A stretch of 32,140 bases of DNA from an uncultured Gemmatimonadota bacterium (GCA_964576115.1 CAZNUA010000008.1:62001-94140), one strand, 5' to 3'; shown: positions 17,681 through 26,195, numbered from the stretch's first letter. Program-made: numbers and translations. The notes: generated by a model from the sequence alone, not told the origin.

Positions 17681-18685
17681 TCAGTCCCTGAACCGTAGGC
17701 CGAATCCGATCCGGAGAACAGGAGATCCCGGGAACGGGCCGCTGTCGGGGATCGCCTCGAGCCCCACGAAGAAGGGGCGCGTATCGAGTTCAGCGCTGGT
17801 CAGCACCAGCGTGTCCACCAGGTTGAAGAGATAGGCCGCCACGACCAGACCGGTGGCCCGCCGGCGCCGGACTTCCTCCAGGCGCCGCGCGGCCGCGGCC
17901 TGCAGGTGATGTTCCCAGTCCTCATCGGCGGCCGCAAAGAACGCCGCGGCCCCCACGTCGGAACCATATACCAGGTAATGCCACTGCTGCTCGTTCCAGA
18001 CGAACTGGGTCGTGTATTTGTCCCGATCGAAGGTGAACCGGTCGGCCCGCGGGATCGTGAGGGCATAGGCCAGGGCGCCGCCGAACAGGGCCACACTCAG
18101 GAGCCCGTGCAGCGGTTTTTCCTTGAGTACCTGCCCCAGACCGGGGACGACCAGGGAGAGGAAGAGAGCGCTGTCCGAAGAGGAGTAATTCCCCGCTTTG
18201 GAGAGTTCCCCGGCCAGTTCGTCCAGGCCGGCCCGCAGTTCGGCCTCGGATGCGAAGCGGAAGGCGACACAGTTCAGCACCTCCTTCTCTTCGCGGCTGA
18301 ACGAGACTGAGCTCAGCTCGAAGCCGCCCCCGCTCGGCCGACGCAGAACCGTGGCCACGACGAAGGCGACTCCGGTCGAACCGGCCAGTTCGCTCAACCC
18401 GCTCGCATCCTCGACCACGTCGCTGAGACGACGATCGGACATGATCGTCTCGAGACGGGTGCGCTCGGTAATGTGCTTGCCGGGGGGAACGCTGATACCG
18501 CTCAGGAGCGCCTCGTGGATCTCCGTTGCCAGGGCTTCGTCGCCGCTCTCGGCCAGCACGGGCAGCACCAGGATCTCCTCGATCCTCAGATACTGGGCCC
18601 GCACCGGCCGGGTGTCCGGAATGAGGCATGTCGCCAGAACGGCCGCCAGGCCGACCGCTGCAGCTGTTATCCCGCGCCGCCTCAC
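17681..18685 (-). CDS. Hypothetical exported/membrane protein (CsgG/TolB-N-like N-domain plus a SLVVPGLGQ membrane motif)
   Basis: Signal peptide; ILVLP...ITERTRLETIM pattern; hydrophobic SALFLSLVVPGLGQ motif and YLFNLVD helix reminiscent of DUF5683-type proteins. GTGA overlap with the upstream gene. Confidence 0.6.
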   Translation of the reverse strand: MRRRGITAAAVGLAAVLATCLIPDTRPVRAQYLRIEEILVLPVLAESGDEALATEIHEALLSGISVPPGKHITERTRLETIMSDRRLSDVVEDASGLSELAGSTGVAFVVATVLRRPSGGGFELSSVSFSREEKEVLNCVAFRFASEAELRAGLDELAGELSKAGNYSSSDSALFLSLVVPGLGQVLKEKPLHGLLSVALFGGALAYALTIPRADRFTFDRDKYTTQFVWNEQQWHYLVYGSDVGAAAFFAAADEDWEHHLQAAAARRLEEVRRRRATGLVVAAYLFNLVDTLVLTSAELDTRPFFVGLEAIPDSGPFPGSPVLRIGFGLRFRD

Positions 18686-19842
18686 GGGGTCGCCTCCCCC
18701 CGGCCATACCAGAGCTGCTGAGCTCCGCCGGCATAAAAACTCACGTGGAAAACTCCGGTCTCATCGACCAGAAAATCGTAGCGGCCCTGCTGATCGAAAC
18801 CGCCGAAACGGCTCACCTTCTGCCAGCCCGAACCGGGCCCGTACCGGGCGACGATGAGGTGCCGATTCCGGGCGTACGCTGCGTACAGATCCCCTCCGGG
18901 CCCGGAACGCAGATGGACCAGGGTATTCCTCACTCCCGAATCGACCGTGCCTCCGGCACTGTCGCGCAGCTCTCCGCTCCGATCCAGGTAGAGCAGATGC
19001 CGGTTTCCGGCGGCGTCGAAACCGACCGCGACCGCTCGTTCTCCGTAATCCAGAGCCGAAGCATTGTTGGTGACTCTGACGACACTCCATTCCTGCCACG
19101 GACCGGCACCCGATGACGCCGTCAACAGCCTGACGCTGAATGACGCCCGCGGTCCCACTCCTCCATGAGAATCCCTGCTCAGAACTCCCAGGGCAGGTCC
19201 TCCATCGCCCCAGGCAAAGCCCAGATATGGCCGCAGATACGAAACCGAGTAGGTGCTCTGCAGCACCCATGCCCCCCCGCTCCTGATCCAGTAGCGGATC
19301 CGGCCCGTGCCGTCGGCGCTACGCACGGCCGAAGACATCTCGACCAGGTGCAGGCCGTCCGGCCGTTCCCGGAATATGACCGCTTCCCCGCCTTCGGCCA
19401 TCGGCAGAGTGGAGGGCGTCAGACGTTCGACGCTCCACGCGGTGCCGTCGAAAAGAGCGTAACGCAGCTGGAAAAACCAGCCGTCGTGATAGGCCAGATG
19501 CACCTGGTCGGCGGCATCGATATGAATGGCCACGTGAGCTCCCACCCAGCCGGCGCTGTCCACCAGGGTGTCCTGCCACTGCCGGGGAGCGATGCGGTGG
19601 GCGAGATGCAGTTTGTGCCGCCGGGGATCGTGCCAGGCCAGGTGAACCGTCCCGTCACCGGCGACCGCCACCGCACTGTGCAGGCCCAGTTCCTGCCCCG
19701 CAACGACCGGTTCGAAGATCCAGTCTTCCCCTCCGGGACCGGTGAGGTCACCGTTGTCGCAGCCCGACAGCAGCAGTGCGAGAAAGACGCCGGCCAGAAT
19801 AACGTTGCGATGCTGTCGTGGGATCATACCTGGTTCTTTCAA
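18682..19842 (-). CDS. Hypothetical lipoprotein with beta-propeller-like repeats
   Basis: Lipobox LLSGC; repeats AVAGDGTVHLAW, IDAADQVHLAY, FDAAGNRHLLY and VDETGVFHVSF. The true start may be the ATG at 19827. Confidence 0.65.
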   Translation of the reverse strand: MKEPGMIPRQHRNVILAGVFLALLLSGCDNGDLTGPGGEDWIFEPVVAGQELGLHSAVAVAGDGTVHLAWHDPRRHKLHLAHRIAPRQWQDTLVDSAGWVGAHVAIHIDAADQVHLAYHDGWFFQLRYALFDGTAWSVERLTPSTLPMAEGGEAVIFRERPDGLHLVEMSSAVRSADGTGRIRYWIRSGGAWVLQSTYSVSYLRPYLGFAWGDGGPALGVLSRDSHGGVGPRASFSVRLLTASSGAGPWQEWSVVRVTNNASALDYGERAVAVGFDAAGNRHLLYLDRSGELRDSAGGTVDSGVRNTLVHLRSGPGGDLYAAYARNRHLIVARYGPGSGWQKVSRFGGFDQQGRYDFLVDETGVFHVSFYAGGAQQLWYGRGEATP

Positions 19843-19898
19843 CCCGGGAAACGGATGTCAGCCGGGAGTGTAGGGCGTGAAGCTGAATGCCTCCAATG

Positions 19899-19923
19899 AA
19901 AAAGGGGCACCTGCAGTGCCCCT
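19899..19923 (-). terminator. Rho-independent terminator after the tRNA
   Basis: Minus strand AGGGGCAC-TGCAG-GTGCCCCT followed by a T run, starting 27 nt after the tRNA CCA. Confidence 0.8.
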
Positions 19924-19950
19924 CGGCGACGTTCGTGGTCATTCAGGATC

Positions 19951-20027
19951 TGGTACCCCGGGCGAGATTCGAACTCACGACCTCTTGCTCCGGAGGCAAG
20001 CGCTCTATCCAGCTGAGCTACCGGGGC
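19951..20027 (-). tRNA. tRNA-Arg(CCG)
   Basis: 77 nt: acceptor GCCCCGG/CCGGGGT, D arm GCTC/GAGC with A20, anticodon arm CTTGC-CTCCGGA-GCAAG, T loop TTCGAAT and encoded CCA. Confidence 0.98.
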
Positions 20028-20257
20028 GAGACTTCCGGGACTTTTTCGGCCTCTTCGGTTTGCAGCGCTTGGATCCGACTGCCCGAACGGAGGAACTGCT
20101 CGAATTCGTCCTTCATGATAAGATAACGTCCCCCGACCCTGAGGCCAGGGACAACTCCGCTCTTGATATATTTCAGCACCGTCTGGCGCGACACCCCGAG
20201 TATTTCGGCCACTTCGCTGACGAAGTAGACCCTGCGTTCGACCTCCACGACGACCAT
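20018..20257 (-). CDS. Small excisionase-like/MerR-type helix-turn-helix (HTH_17) DNA-binding protein
   Basis: VSEVAEILGVSRQTVLKYIKSG.VPGLRVGGRYLI is a typical HTH_17 pattern. AGGAGG lies just upstream (start ATG 20257 or GTG 20248). The stop codon lies inside the tRNA. Confidence 0.85.
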   Translation of the reverse strand: MVVVEVERRVYFVSEVAEILGVSRQTVLKYIKSGVVPGLRVGGRYLIMKDEFEQFLRSGSRIQALQTEEAEKVPEVSPR

Positions 20258-20559
20258 CCTCCTGCCTTCGTCGCCCCTCCTTGTCTCTGACCATCGTGAA
20301 AGGGGGCAACGTCGCAAAGGATATACGCTTACACCACTTTCCTCATCTTGTCAAAGATATTTTCACTTCCCTGCATCTGGATACATCTGGATGGTCTTCG
20401 ATGGAAAAAGGCGGCCTATCTGCTGCTTGCTGACAGCTGTGAATCACAGATACACCGTGTCGATTATTGCCGCCCGATACAGGGATGACAGGAATGGCGT
20501 CAGTGCCCTGCCCGGGGGCCGAATCGGCGCTGTGGGGATGGACTGTGGGATGGATGGCG

Positions 20560-21936
20560 TCAGGCGGTGTTTTTTCCGACCACGGCGCTCAGGCCGCCGA
20601 GGATCTCGGGGTCGAAATAGCGGTTCACTTTTCCTTCCATGAACCGCACCGCGGCCACCGGCTCGAGTCCCTTGCGGTAAGGACGATCGGAAATGAGGGC
20701 GTCGTAGACATCGGCGGTGGCCAGGATCCGCACCTCGCGGCTGAGCTGATCGCCTTTGAGACGGTTGGGATACCCCGATCCGTCGAGCCGTTCGTGATGA
20801 TCAGCGATCCAGCCGACGATCTCGTCGAACAGCCCCCCGGCAAAGTGCAGGATCTTTTCGGTGTAACTGATATGTTTCTTGGCCTGTTCGTACTCGGGTC
20901 CGGTCAGCCATTTCGGTTTGTCGAGAATCTGGTTGCTCACCCCCGCCTTGCCCAGATCGTGCACCAGGGCGGCCATGCCGAGACTGGCGGCCAGATCCTC
21001 GGCCATTCCCAGTTCGCGAGCCATGAACCAGGTCGTTCGGGCGACTCGCCAGGAGTGTTTGGTGCGGAAGGGCGATTTGGCGTCGATCAGTTCGACCAGC
21101 AGCGAGAAGAAACGAGCGATATCCTCATAGCTGACGGCCAGCAGCTCGGGCTGGATCCGTGTCAGAAGCTGCTTGCCGAGCCCCCCGCCGGTGAATACGC
21201 CCCAGAAACGCACGTTCTGGGTCGCTTCCACCAGGCCGCGGGCCAGGTTCGGATCGATCTTGGTCCCGGCCAGCTTCAGGGCTTCGGCCCGGACGAATTC
21301 GGGGCTGTGCCCCCGCTCCCCCGCCCCGGCGATGGCCGTTTCCAGACAGTCGGCGGCGACCAGAATGCGCTGGAGCAGAGGGATGTCTTCGCCTCGCAGA
21401 CCGAGCGGATACCCCTGCCCGTCGTATTGCTCGTGATGACCGCCGACGAGTTTGACAACCGCTTCGGGCAGCGGCAGCGACTCGACCGCTTCGCTTCCTT
21501 TGACGACATGCTGTATCAGCAGTTCCGAGAAGCGCTGGATACTGCCCTTGCGCACCTGGGCGCTCAGGTCGTCCACATCGCCGAGGGGATGGTTGACGAT
21601 CAGTTCCGATTCGGGCTCACTGGTCAGTTCGCTGAGCTCATGGGTGATGTAGAAAAAGCCGATGTCGTGAAAGAGAGCGGCCAGGGTGAGCTGGGCGATC
21701 TCTTCAGCCCCCAGGTCGAGCCCGACCGCCAGTTCCTGGGCGATGTAGGCCACCCGCTGGGCATGACCGATGGCATGCCCTTCGACCAGATCGATGGCGG
21801 CTCCGTACACCGAGCCCAGGTCCAGCAGGCTCATTTCGGCAGCCGGTTTCTCACCACCGCTCTTCTTCGGCTCCGAGGGCGTCTCGTAGGCCTCGTAAAT
21901 GAGGTTCCAGACTTTACGCTGAAAATCCCGGCTCAT
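20560..21936 (-). CDS. Tandem HD-GYP domain cyclic-dinucleotide phosphodiesterase
   Basis: Domain 1: HAQRVA, HDIG, HHEQYDGQGYP. Domain 2: HSWRVA, HDLGK, HHERLDGSGYP, ADVYDALISDRPYR. Confidence 0.92.
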   Translation of the reverse strand: MSRDFQRKVWNLIYEAYETPSEPKKSGGEKPAAEMSLLDLGSVYGAAIDLVEGHAIGHAQRVAYIAQELAVGLDLGAEEIAQLTLAALFHDIGFFYITHELSELTSEPESELIVNHPLGDVDDLSAQVRKGSIQRFSELLIQHVVKGSEAVESLPLPEAVVKLVGGHHEQYDGQGYPLGLRGEDIPLLQRILVAADCLETAIAGAGERGHSPEFVRAEALKLAGTKIDPNLARGLVEATQNVRFWGVFTGGGLGKQLLTRIQPELLAVSYEDIARFFSLLVELIDAKSPFRTKHSWRVARTTWFMARELGMAEDLAASLGMAALVHDLGKAGVSNQILDKPKWLTGPEYEQAKKHISYTEKILHFAGGLFDEIVGWIADHHERLDGSGYPNRLKGDQLSREVRILATADVYDALISDRPYRKGLEPVAAVRFMEGKVNRYFDPEILGGLSAVVGKNTA

Positions 21937-21951
21937 ACCGCTCCCGACCGG

Positions 21952-22047
21952 CTAGCGCTTCCTCTTCTTGTGACGATCGCCCCGCATGCGCTTCTTGCGC
22001 TTGTGCTTCGCGATCTTCTTTTTCTTCCGTTTCTTTCCGCAGGGCAT
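21952..22047 (-). CDS. 30S ribosomal protein bS22 (AURKAIP1/COX24-type small basic protein), 31 aa; absent from the ORF track
   Basis: Manual translation gives MPCGKKRKKKKIAKHKRKKRMRGDRHKKRKR*. GGGAGGA SD upstream. Matches the Bacteroidota-type MP.GKKRK..K.A.HKRKKR.R..RHKK pattern. Confidence 0.9.
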   Translation of the reverse strand: MPCGKKRKKKKIAKHKRKKRMRGDRHKKRKR

Positions 22048-22100
22048 CGGATCGCGGTCCTCCCAGTCACTGTATCTGCCAGATGTAATCGAGACAAACT

Positions 22101-22128
22101 AAAGTAGAACCCCGTATCGTCGGATCAA
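22101..22128 (-). promoter_or_regulatory. Possible promoter for the bS22/HD-GYP pair
   Basis: Minus strand TTGATC-16 bp-TACTTT in the AT-richer gap between the HU/IHF gene and bS22. Confidence 0.35.
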
Positions 22129-22160
22129 AGCGCAATAATGTGACGATCCCGTGTCCGCAC

Positions 22161-22463
22161 TCAATACCCGGGCCGGATGCGTTCGGCTACCGCGTCCTTG
22201 AGATCGCGCGAGGGTTTGAACGTCGGCACGAATTTTTCGGGGATATCGACCGGTTCGCCCGTGCGCGGATTGCGGGCCCGGCGGGCCGCCCGCTGCTTGA
22301 TTTTGAACGTCCCGAAGCCCCTGATCTCGACCGTTGTACCGGTAATGAGCGCCTCTTTGAGGGTTTCGATCACCCCTTCGACGACCAGTGCGGTATCGGT
22401 CTTGGTCAGACCTGTCTCTTCGGCGATATGCTCGACAATGTCAGCCTTGGTCATGCCCGACAT
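22161..22463 (-). CDS. HU/IHF-family DNA-binding protein (IHF-beta-like)
   Basis: MTKADIV, VEIRGFGTF, ARNPRTGE and PTFKPS motifs; follows sppA. Confidence 0.95.
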   Translation of the reverse strand: MSGMTKADIVEHIAEETGLTKTDTALVVEGVIETLKEALITGTTVEIRGFGTFKIKQRAARRARNPRTGEPVDIPEKFVPTFKPSRDLKDAVAERIRPGY

Positions 22464-22503
22464 CTCCTTTTCCTGCCCTGCCTCATGATTTCATGCTCCC
22501 CGA

Positions 22504-23415
22504 TCAGCGCATCAGCCAGAGAACCCGGGGCCCGTGGATCGGTCCGAGCCCGAGTTCGGTTGCCAGCTCCGCCAGCTCCTGCCCCAGGACCACGTCCCAG
22601 AGGGTGATCCGGCGTGGTCGATCCGGGCGGATCAGGCGGGGGTCCGGCCCGATCCCGCTCAACCGGCCGATCAGTTCGGTGGCCGCGTATAGATCCCCGG
22701 TCAGATCGGCGAAACCCCACTGGACCGCCTGCCGGCCGGTGAAAACCCGACCGTCGGCATAACGGCGCAGGATCTCGTCCTCGAGCCCGCGGCTGGAACG
22801 CACCACGTCGAGGAACTGCTCATAGCTGTCATCCACGACTTCCTGAAACCAGGCCCTGTGACGCTCATCGGGTTCCTCGAACGGACTCCCCATGTTCTTA
22901 TAGGGACCGGTTGTCACCGTTTCCCAGCGTAGACCGATCTTCTCGAAGAGTTCGGCGGCCACTGGATACTCGATGATGACTCCGATACTGCCGGTTGTCG
23001 AGGCGGGATGGGCCACGATGCTGTCGGCTGCGCAGGCGATGTAGTACCCGCCGCTGGCGGCCACGCTACCCAGATAGGCCACGACCGGTTTGCCCGTTTC
23101 CCCGGCCCGGACAATGGCCCGGTAGATCTCGTCACTGGCGACCGTGACCCCGCCGGGGCTGTTGATCTCGAGCAGAATTCCCCGCACGTTGTCGCGTTCG
23201 GCGTACTGCTCTATCAGGCGGATGGTTGCCTCCGAGGTGCCGATGAAGCCGTCGATCTCGACCACGCCGATACCGGTCGAATGGCTCAACGAGTACCGGC
23301 TCCGTCCCGTGACCGGTCCCCGCGGACGCAGCAGGGCCGCCAGGACGACCGCGCCCACGAAAACCCAGATGGTCACCACGATCAGCATCCGGTAGGTGGA
23401 GCGACGCTCGTTCAT
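22504..23415 (-). CDS. sppA: Signal peptide peptidase SppA (36K type, S49)
   Basis: INSPGG, AASGGYYIA, TGSIGV, GPYK and DGRVFTG.QA motifs; N-terminal TM helix. Confidence 0.95.
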   Translation of the reverse strand: MNERRSTYRMLIVVTIWVFVGAVVLAALLRPRGPVTGRSRYSLSHSTGIGVVEIDGFIGTSEATIRLIEQYAERDNVRGILLEINSPGGVTVASDEIYRAIVRAGETGKPVVAYLGSVAASGGYYIACAADSIVAHPASTTGSIGVIIEYPVAAELFEKIGLRWETVTTGPYKNMGSPFEEPDERHRAWFQEVVDDSYEQFLDVVRSSRGLEDEILRRYADGRVFTGRQAVQWGFADLTGDLYAATELIGRLSGIGPDPRLIRPDRPRRITLWDVVLGQELAELATELGLGPIHGPRVLWLMR

Positions 23416-23426
23416 GCCCCTGCTCC

Positions 23427-25550
23427 TCAGTTCCCGGTCCGGGCGGTCTGGGTGCCGTCCTCGGATCCCGCGACTCCGGCCGCCTCGGCCGCAGCCCGGG
23501 TGACAATAAGCTTCTGCCCGACGTAGATGGTATTCGAACGCAGATTATTCCAGCGCTTCAGATCGCCGACCGTGATCCGGAACTTCTGCGAGATATCCCA
23601 GAGGGTGTCACGGCGACCGACGGTATAGATGCCGTTGGACGGCACCGACGCCAGCGCCACCGCCGGACGGCTGGCCGCGGCGCTGGTGCCGTACAGACGC
23701 AGGCGCTGTCCCGGATAGATGAGGTCGCCCCGGATGTTGTTCCACTGGCGGATCTGCGTCCAGGTCACCCGGTAGCGGGTGGCGATGTCGCTGATGGTGT
23801 CCCCCCGCTGTACGGTGTGGTAGACCGGCGTGCCCGCCCCGGCCAGGGTGCGCTGGCGGGTCAGGCTTGCGATCTCGTCCTCGGTCAGGTAGCGCGACTG
23901 CTCGTAGCGGGGGATGCGCAGTTCGGTACCCACCCGCAGGTTGTAGTCGCTCCGAACCCGGTCGCGGTTGTGTTCCTTGATCGTACCCCACGATAGCCCG
24001 TAGCGGCGGGCGATCTCCTCCCCCGTATCGTTCCGCCTGATCACGTGGGTCAGGTAACTGAGCCGGCCCTGCTCCGGCATCTGCTCGTTGGCCGTGATGA
24101 AGGCGTCGGTCGTCCCGCGCGGGATGCGCAGGTCGTAGCCCTCGCGCGGCGTGAACTTGTACCACAGCTCGGGGTTGAGCTCGATCAGCAGAGATTCGGA
24201 CACGCCGGTGTACCGGGCCGCCGCCTCGAGCGTGATGGGGCCGTCGACATGGACGACCTCGTAGAGTTCGTGAAAGGGGGTCTGCCATTCCAGGTCGGCG
24301 AAACCGTAGCGGGCCGGATCCTTCGAGATCAACAGGGCGGCCATGTAATAAGGCACGTAGTTGCGGGTTTCGCGCGGCAGGCGCTGGTAGATGGTCCAGT
24401 AATCCTGGGCGCGGCGGCTGTTGCGGGCCCAACGCTGGGCCCCCCGCACCCGCCCTTCGCCGCTGTTGTAGGCCGCCATGGCCAGGGGCCAGGTTCCGAA
24501 CTCGGCATGCAGTTCGGTCAGATAGTTGGCCGCGGCGTGGGTGCTTTTCTCGAAATCGCGCCGTTCATCCAGGCAGTAGTGGGTGCGGTAGGTTTTCAGA
24601 CCGAACTTGCCGGCGGTGTAATACATGAACTGCCACGGCCCCACCGCCCGCGCCCGCGAGAAAGCCCGGGGGCTGAAACCGCTCTCGATCATGCAGAGAA
24701 AAACCATATCGCGGGGCAGGTTCTCTGCGACCAGGGCCTCCTCGACCATATCCCGGTAGCGGCCCGACCGCTCGAGCCAGATCTTGAAATTGTTCCGCCC
24801 CCGCCCGGTGTAGTAGCTCACCGACCAGTAGACCGTCTTCCAGGCATAATCGGACCACTCGTCCAGCCCCATGTCGATATCGATCTCGCCCTGCTCGTAC
24901 ATCGTCATGATCAGGTCCCGGATCTCTTCCCACGATCCGGGCGCCGGTTCGGAGGCTTCCTCCAGGGCGGCGTTCATGGCCGCGATATCGACCTCTTCTC
25001 CGCTCTCGAGCCCGCCGACAGCGAAGGTTGTCACGTTCAGGTGCGGCAGAGTCCGGTCGTAGAGAGCGTTGGCGTCGTTCCACAGGCGCTCGAACTCGCC
25101 CCGCAGGCGCTGCATGGCCTCGTGCCGCACCGTTTCTTCTTCGGTGATCGGCAGTTCGGTGTCGAGCTGAATCCGGGTGGGAACGAGTTCGTCGGCGGTA
25201 AGCAGAACCTCGAGCGCCTGGGAGAGCCGGAACTCGCAGGTGCCGTAGCCCTCGTTGTCGAAAGCGGTCTGCGCTTCGTCGATCAGCAGCCGGGCTTCGT
25301 CGAAAAAGGCCCGGGCGGTGGAAACCGGAGTGGCGGGCGGCTCCTGAAGGACGGGAACACTGAAGGTATTGATACCGGCCGGGGCGGGAGCAGCCGGCGT
25401 ATCCGGGTGCTGTTCGGGCTCCCCGGCAACCGGTCCCGCACCCTGATGAGCAGTCGAGGCACAGGCCGTCAGCAACAGCATCAGCAGTGCGATGCGGATC
25501 CGGCCCCCTCCTGCTCCCGGGCGACTCTCTGTAAGATTCCTGTAACTCAT
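23427..25550 (-). CDS. mltD: Lipoprotein lytic transglycosylase with three LysM domains (MltD-like)
   Basis: Lipobox LTAC; SLT motifs IESGF, GPWQFM, AAYNSG and ETRNYVP; three C-terminal LysM repeats. ATG 25550 is preferred because the TTG at 25607 falls in a -35 box. Confidence 0.9.
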   Translation of the reverse strand: MSYRNLTESRPGAGGGRIRIALLMLLLTACASTAHQGAGPVAGEPEQHPDTPAAPAPAGINTFSVPVLQEPPATPVSTARAFFDEARLLIDEAQTAFDNEGYGTCEFRLSQALEVLLTADELVPTRIQLDTELPITEEETVRHEAMQRLRGEFERLWNDANALYDRTLPHLNVTTFAVGGLESGEEVDIAAMNAALEEASEPAPGSWEEIRDLIMTMYEQGEIDIDMGLDEWSDYAWKTVYWSVSYYTGRGRNNFKIWLERSGRYRDMVEEALVAENLPRDMVFLCMIESGFSPRAFSRARAVGPWQFMYYTAGKFGLKTYRTHYCLDERRDFEKSTHAAANYLTELHAEFGTWPLAMAAYNSGEGRVRGAQRWARNSRRAQDYWTIYQRLPRETRNYVPYYMAALLISKDPARYGFADLEWQTPFHELYEVVHVDGPITLEAAARYTGVSESLLIELNPELWYKFTPREGYDLRIPRGTTDAFITANEQMPEQGRLSYLTHVIRRNDTGEEIARRYGLSWGTIKEHNRDRVRSDYNLRVGTELRIPRYEQSRYLTEDEIASLTRQRTLAGAGTPVYHTVQRGDTISDIATRYRVTWTQIRQWNNIRGDLIYPGQRLRLYGTSAAASRPAVALASVPSNGIYTVGRRDTLWDISQKFRITVGDLKRWNNLRSNTIYVGQKLIVTRAAAEAAGVAGSEDGTQTARTGN

Positions 25551-25577
25551 TGTGTCGTATGGATTTTCTGGAGACCG

Positions 25578-25607
25578 AATATACGGGAAGGAAGAACCTT
25601 CTGTCAA
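25578..25607 (-). promoter_or_regulatory. Internal sigma70 promoter for mltD-sppA-IHF/HU
   Basis: Minus strand TTGACA (25607-25602)-18 bp-TATATT (25583-25578). Confidence 0.65.
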
Positions 25608-26194
25608 CGCGCTTCCCGGTCGGGTTGAATCGTGACCGGGATCACCATCGCGCCGGTGTAGCCGAGGTTGTTGAGCTGACGCAGAAGGACGTCGGCTTCC
25701 TCACGGGTCGGCTTGTGCCCCACCCGGATGCGGTAGTAGGGACTGGTAAATACGATGAAGGGTTCCTCACCCTCCAGCAGGGGCGTCAGGCGTTCCACAA
25801 AATCCTGCGCTTCCTCGGCCGAAGGAGTTATTGCTACCTGAACCTGGTATTCCTTGCGGGGACCGTGTTCGACGATCGGGGCGGCGGTCACGGCGGTCGT
25901 GTCGGGCAGATCGACCTCGACCGGCGGCAGGGTCGACTGCGTACCCTCGCGGATACCGACCAGCGGCAGGATCACCTCGGGATTGCGGGCCAGAACGTCC
26001 TCGGCCCGGCTCTCGGGGGATGACACGAGCAGCTCTCCGGCCAGGTCGGCCTCCTGGACGACCGGTCCCTCGGGTTCGAGAGCCGCAGTCTCATCGGCCG
26101 GGACGAACCGCGGCGTGCTCGGCGCGCAGGCGGCGAGCAGAACTGCCAGACAGGCACTCCCGACGACCATTCTCCTACTACCCATACGTTCCAT
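25604..26194 (-). CDS. SPOR-domain lipoprotein
   Basis: Lipobox LAAC; C-terminal YQVQV...PYYRIRVG..TREEA..L..LGYTGA SPOR pattern. Start uncertain (26194, 26185 or 26170). Confidence 0.85.
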   Translation of the reverse strand: MERMGSRRMVVGSACLAVLLAACAPSTPRFVPADETAALEPEGPVVQEADLAGELLVSSPESRAEDVLARNPEVILPLVGIREGTQSTLPPVEVDLPDTTAVTAAPIVEHGPRKEYQVQVAITPSAEEAQDFVERLTPLLEGEEPFIVFTSPYYRIRVGHKPTREEADVLLRQLNNLGYTGAMVIPVTIQPDREAR

Positions 26195-26195
26195 T

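Noticed and set aside
16117..20317. Prophage or integrative element at tRNA-Arg suggested by the excisionase-like gene
   Set aside because: No integrase, no phage or conjugation genes and no duplicated tRNA 3' end found by eye. The HTH gene lies on the 5' side of the tRNA, and the flanks are housekeeping genes.
20490..20565. Short repeats (CTGTGGG(G)ATGGA x2, ATGGCGTCAG x2) as a CRISPR-like array
   Set aside because: Only two short copies of each, no repeat-spacer periodicity and no cas genes.
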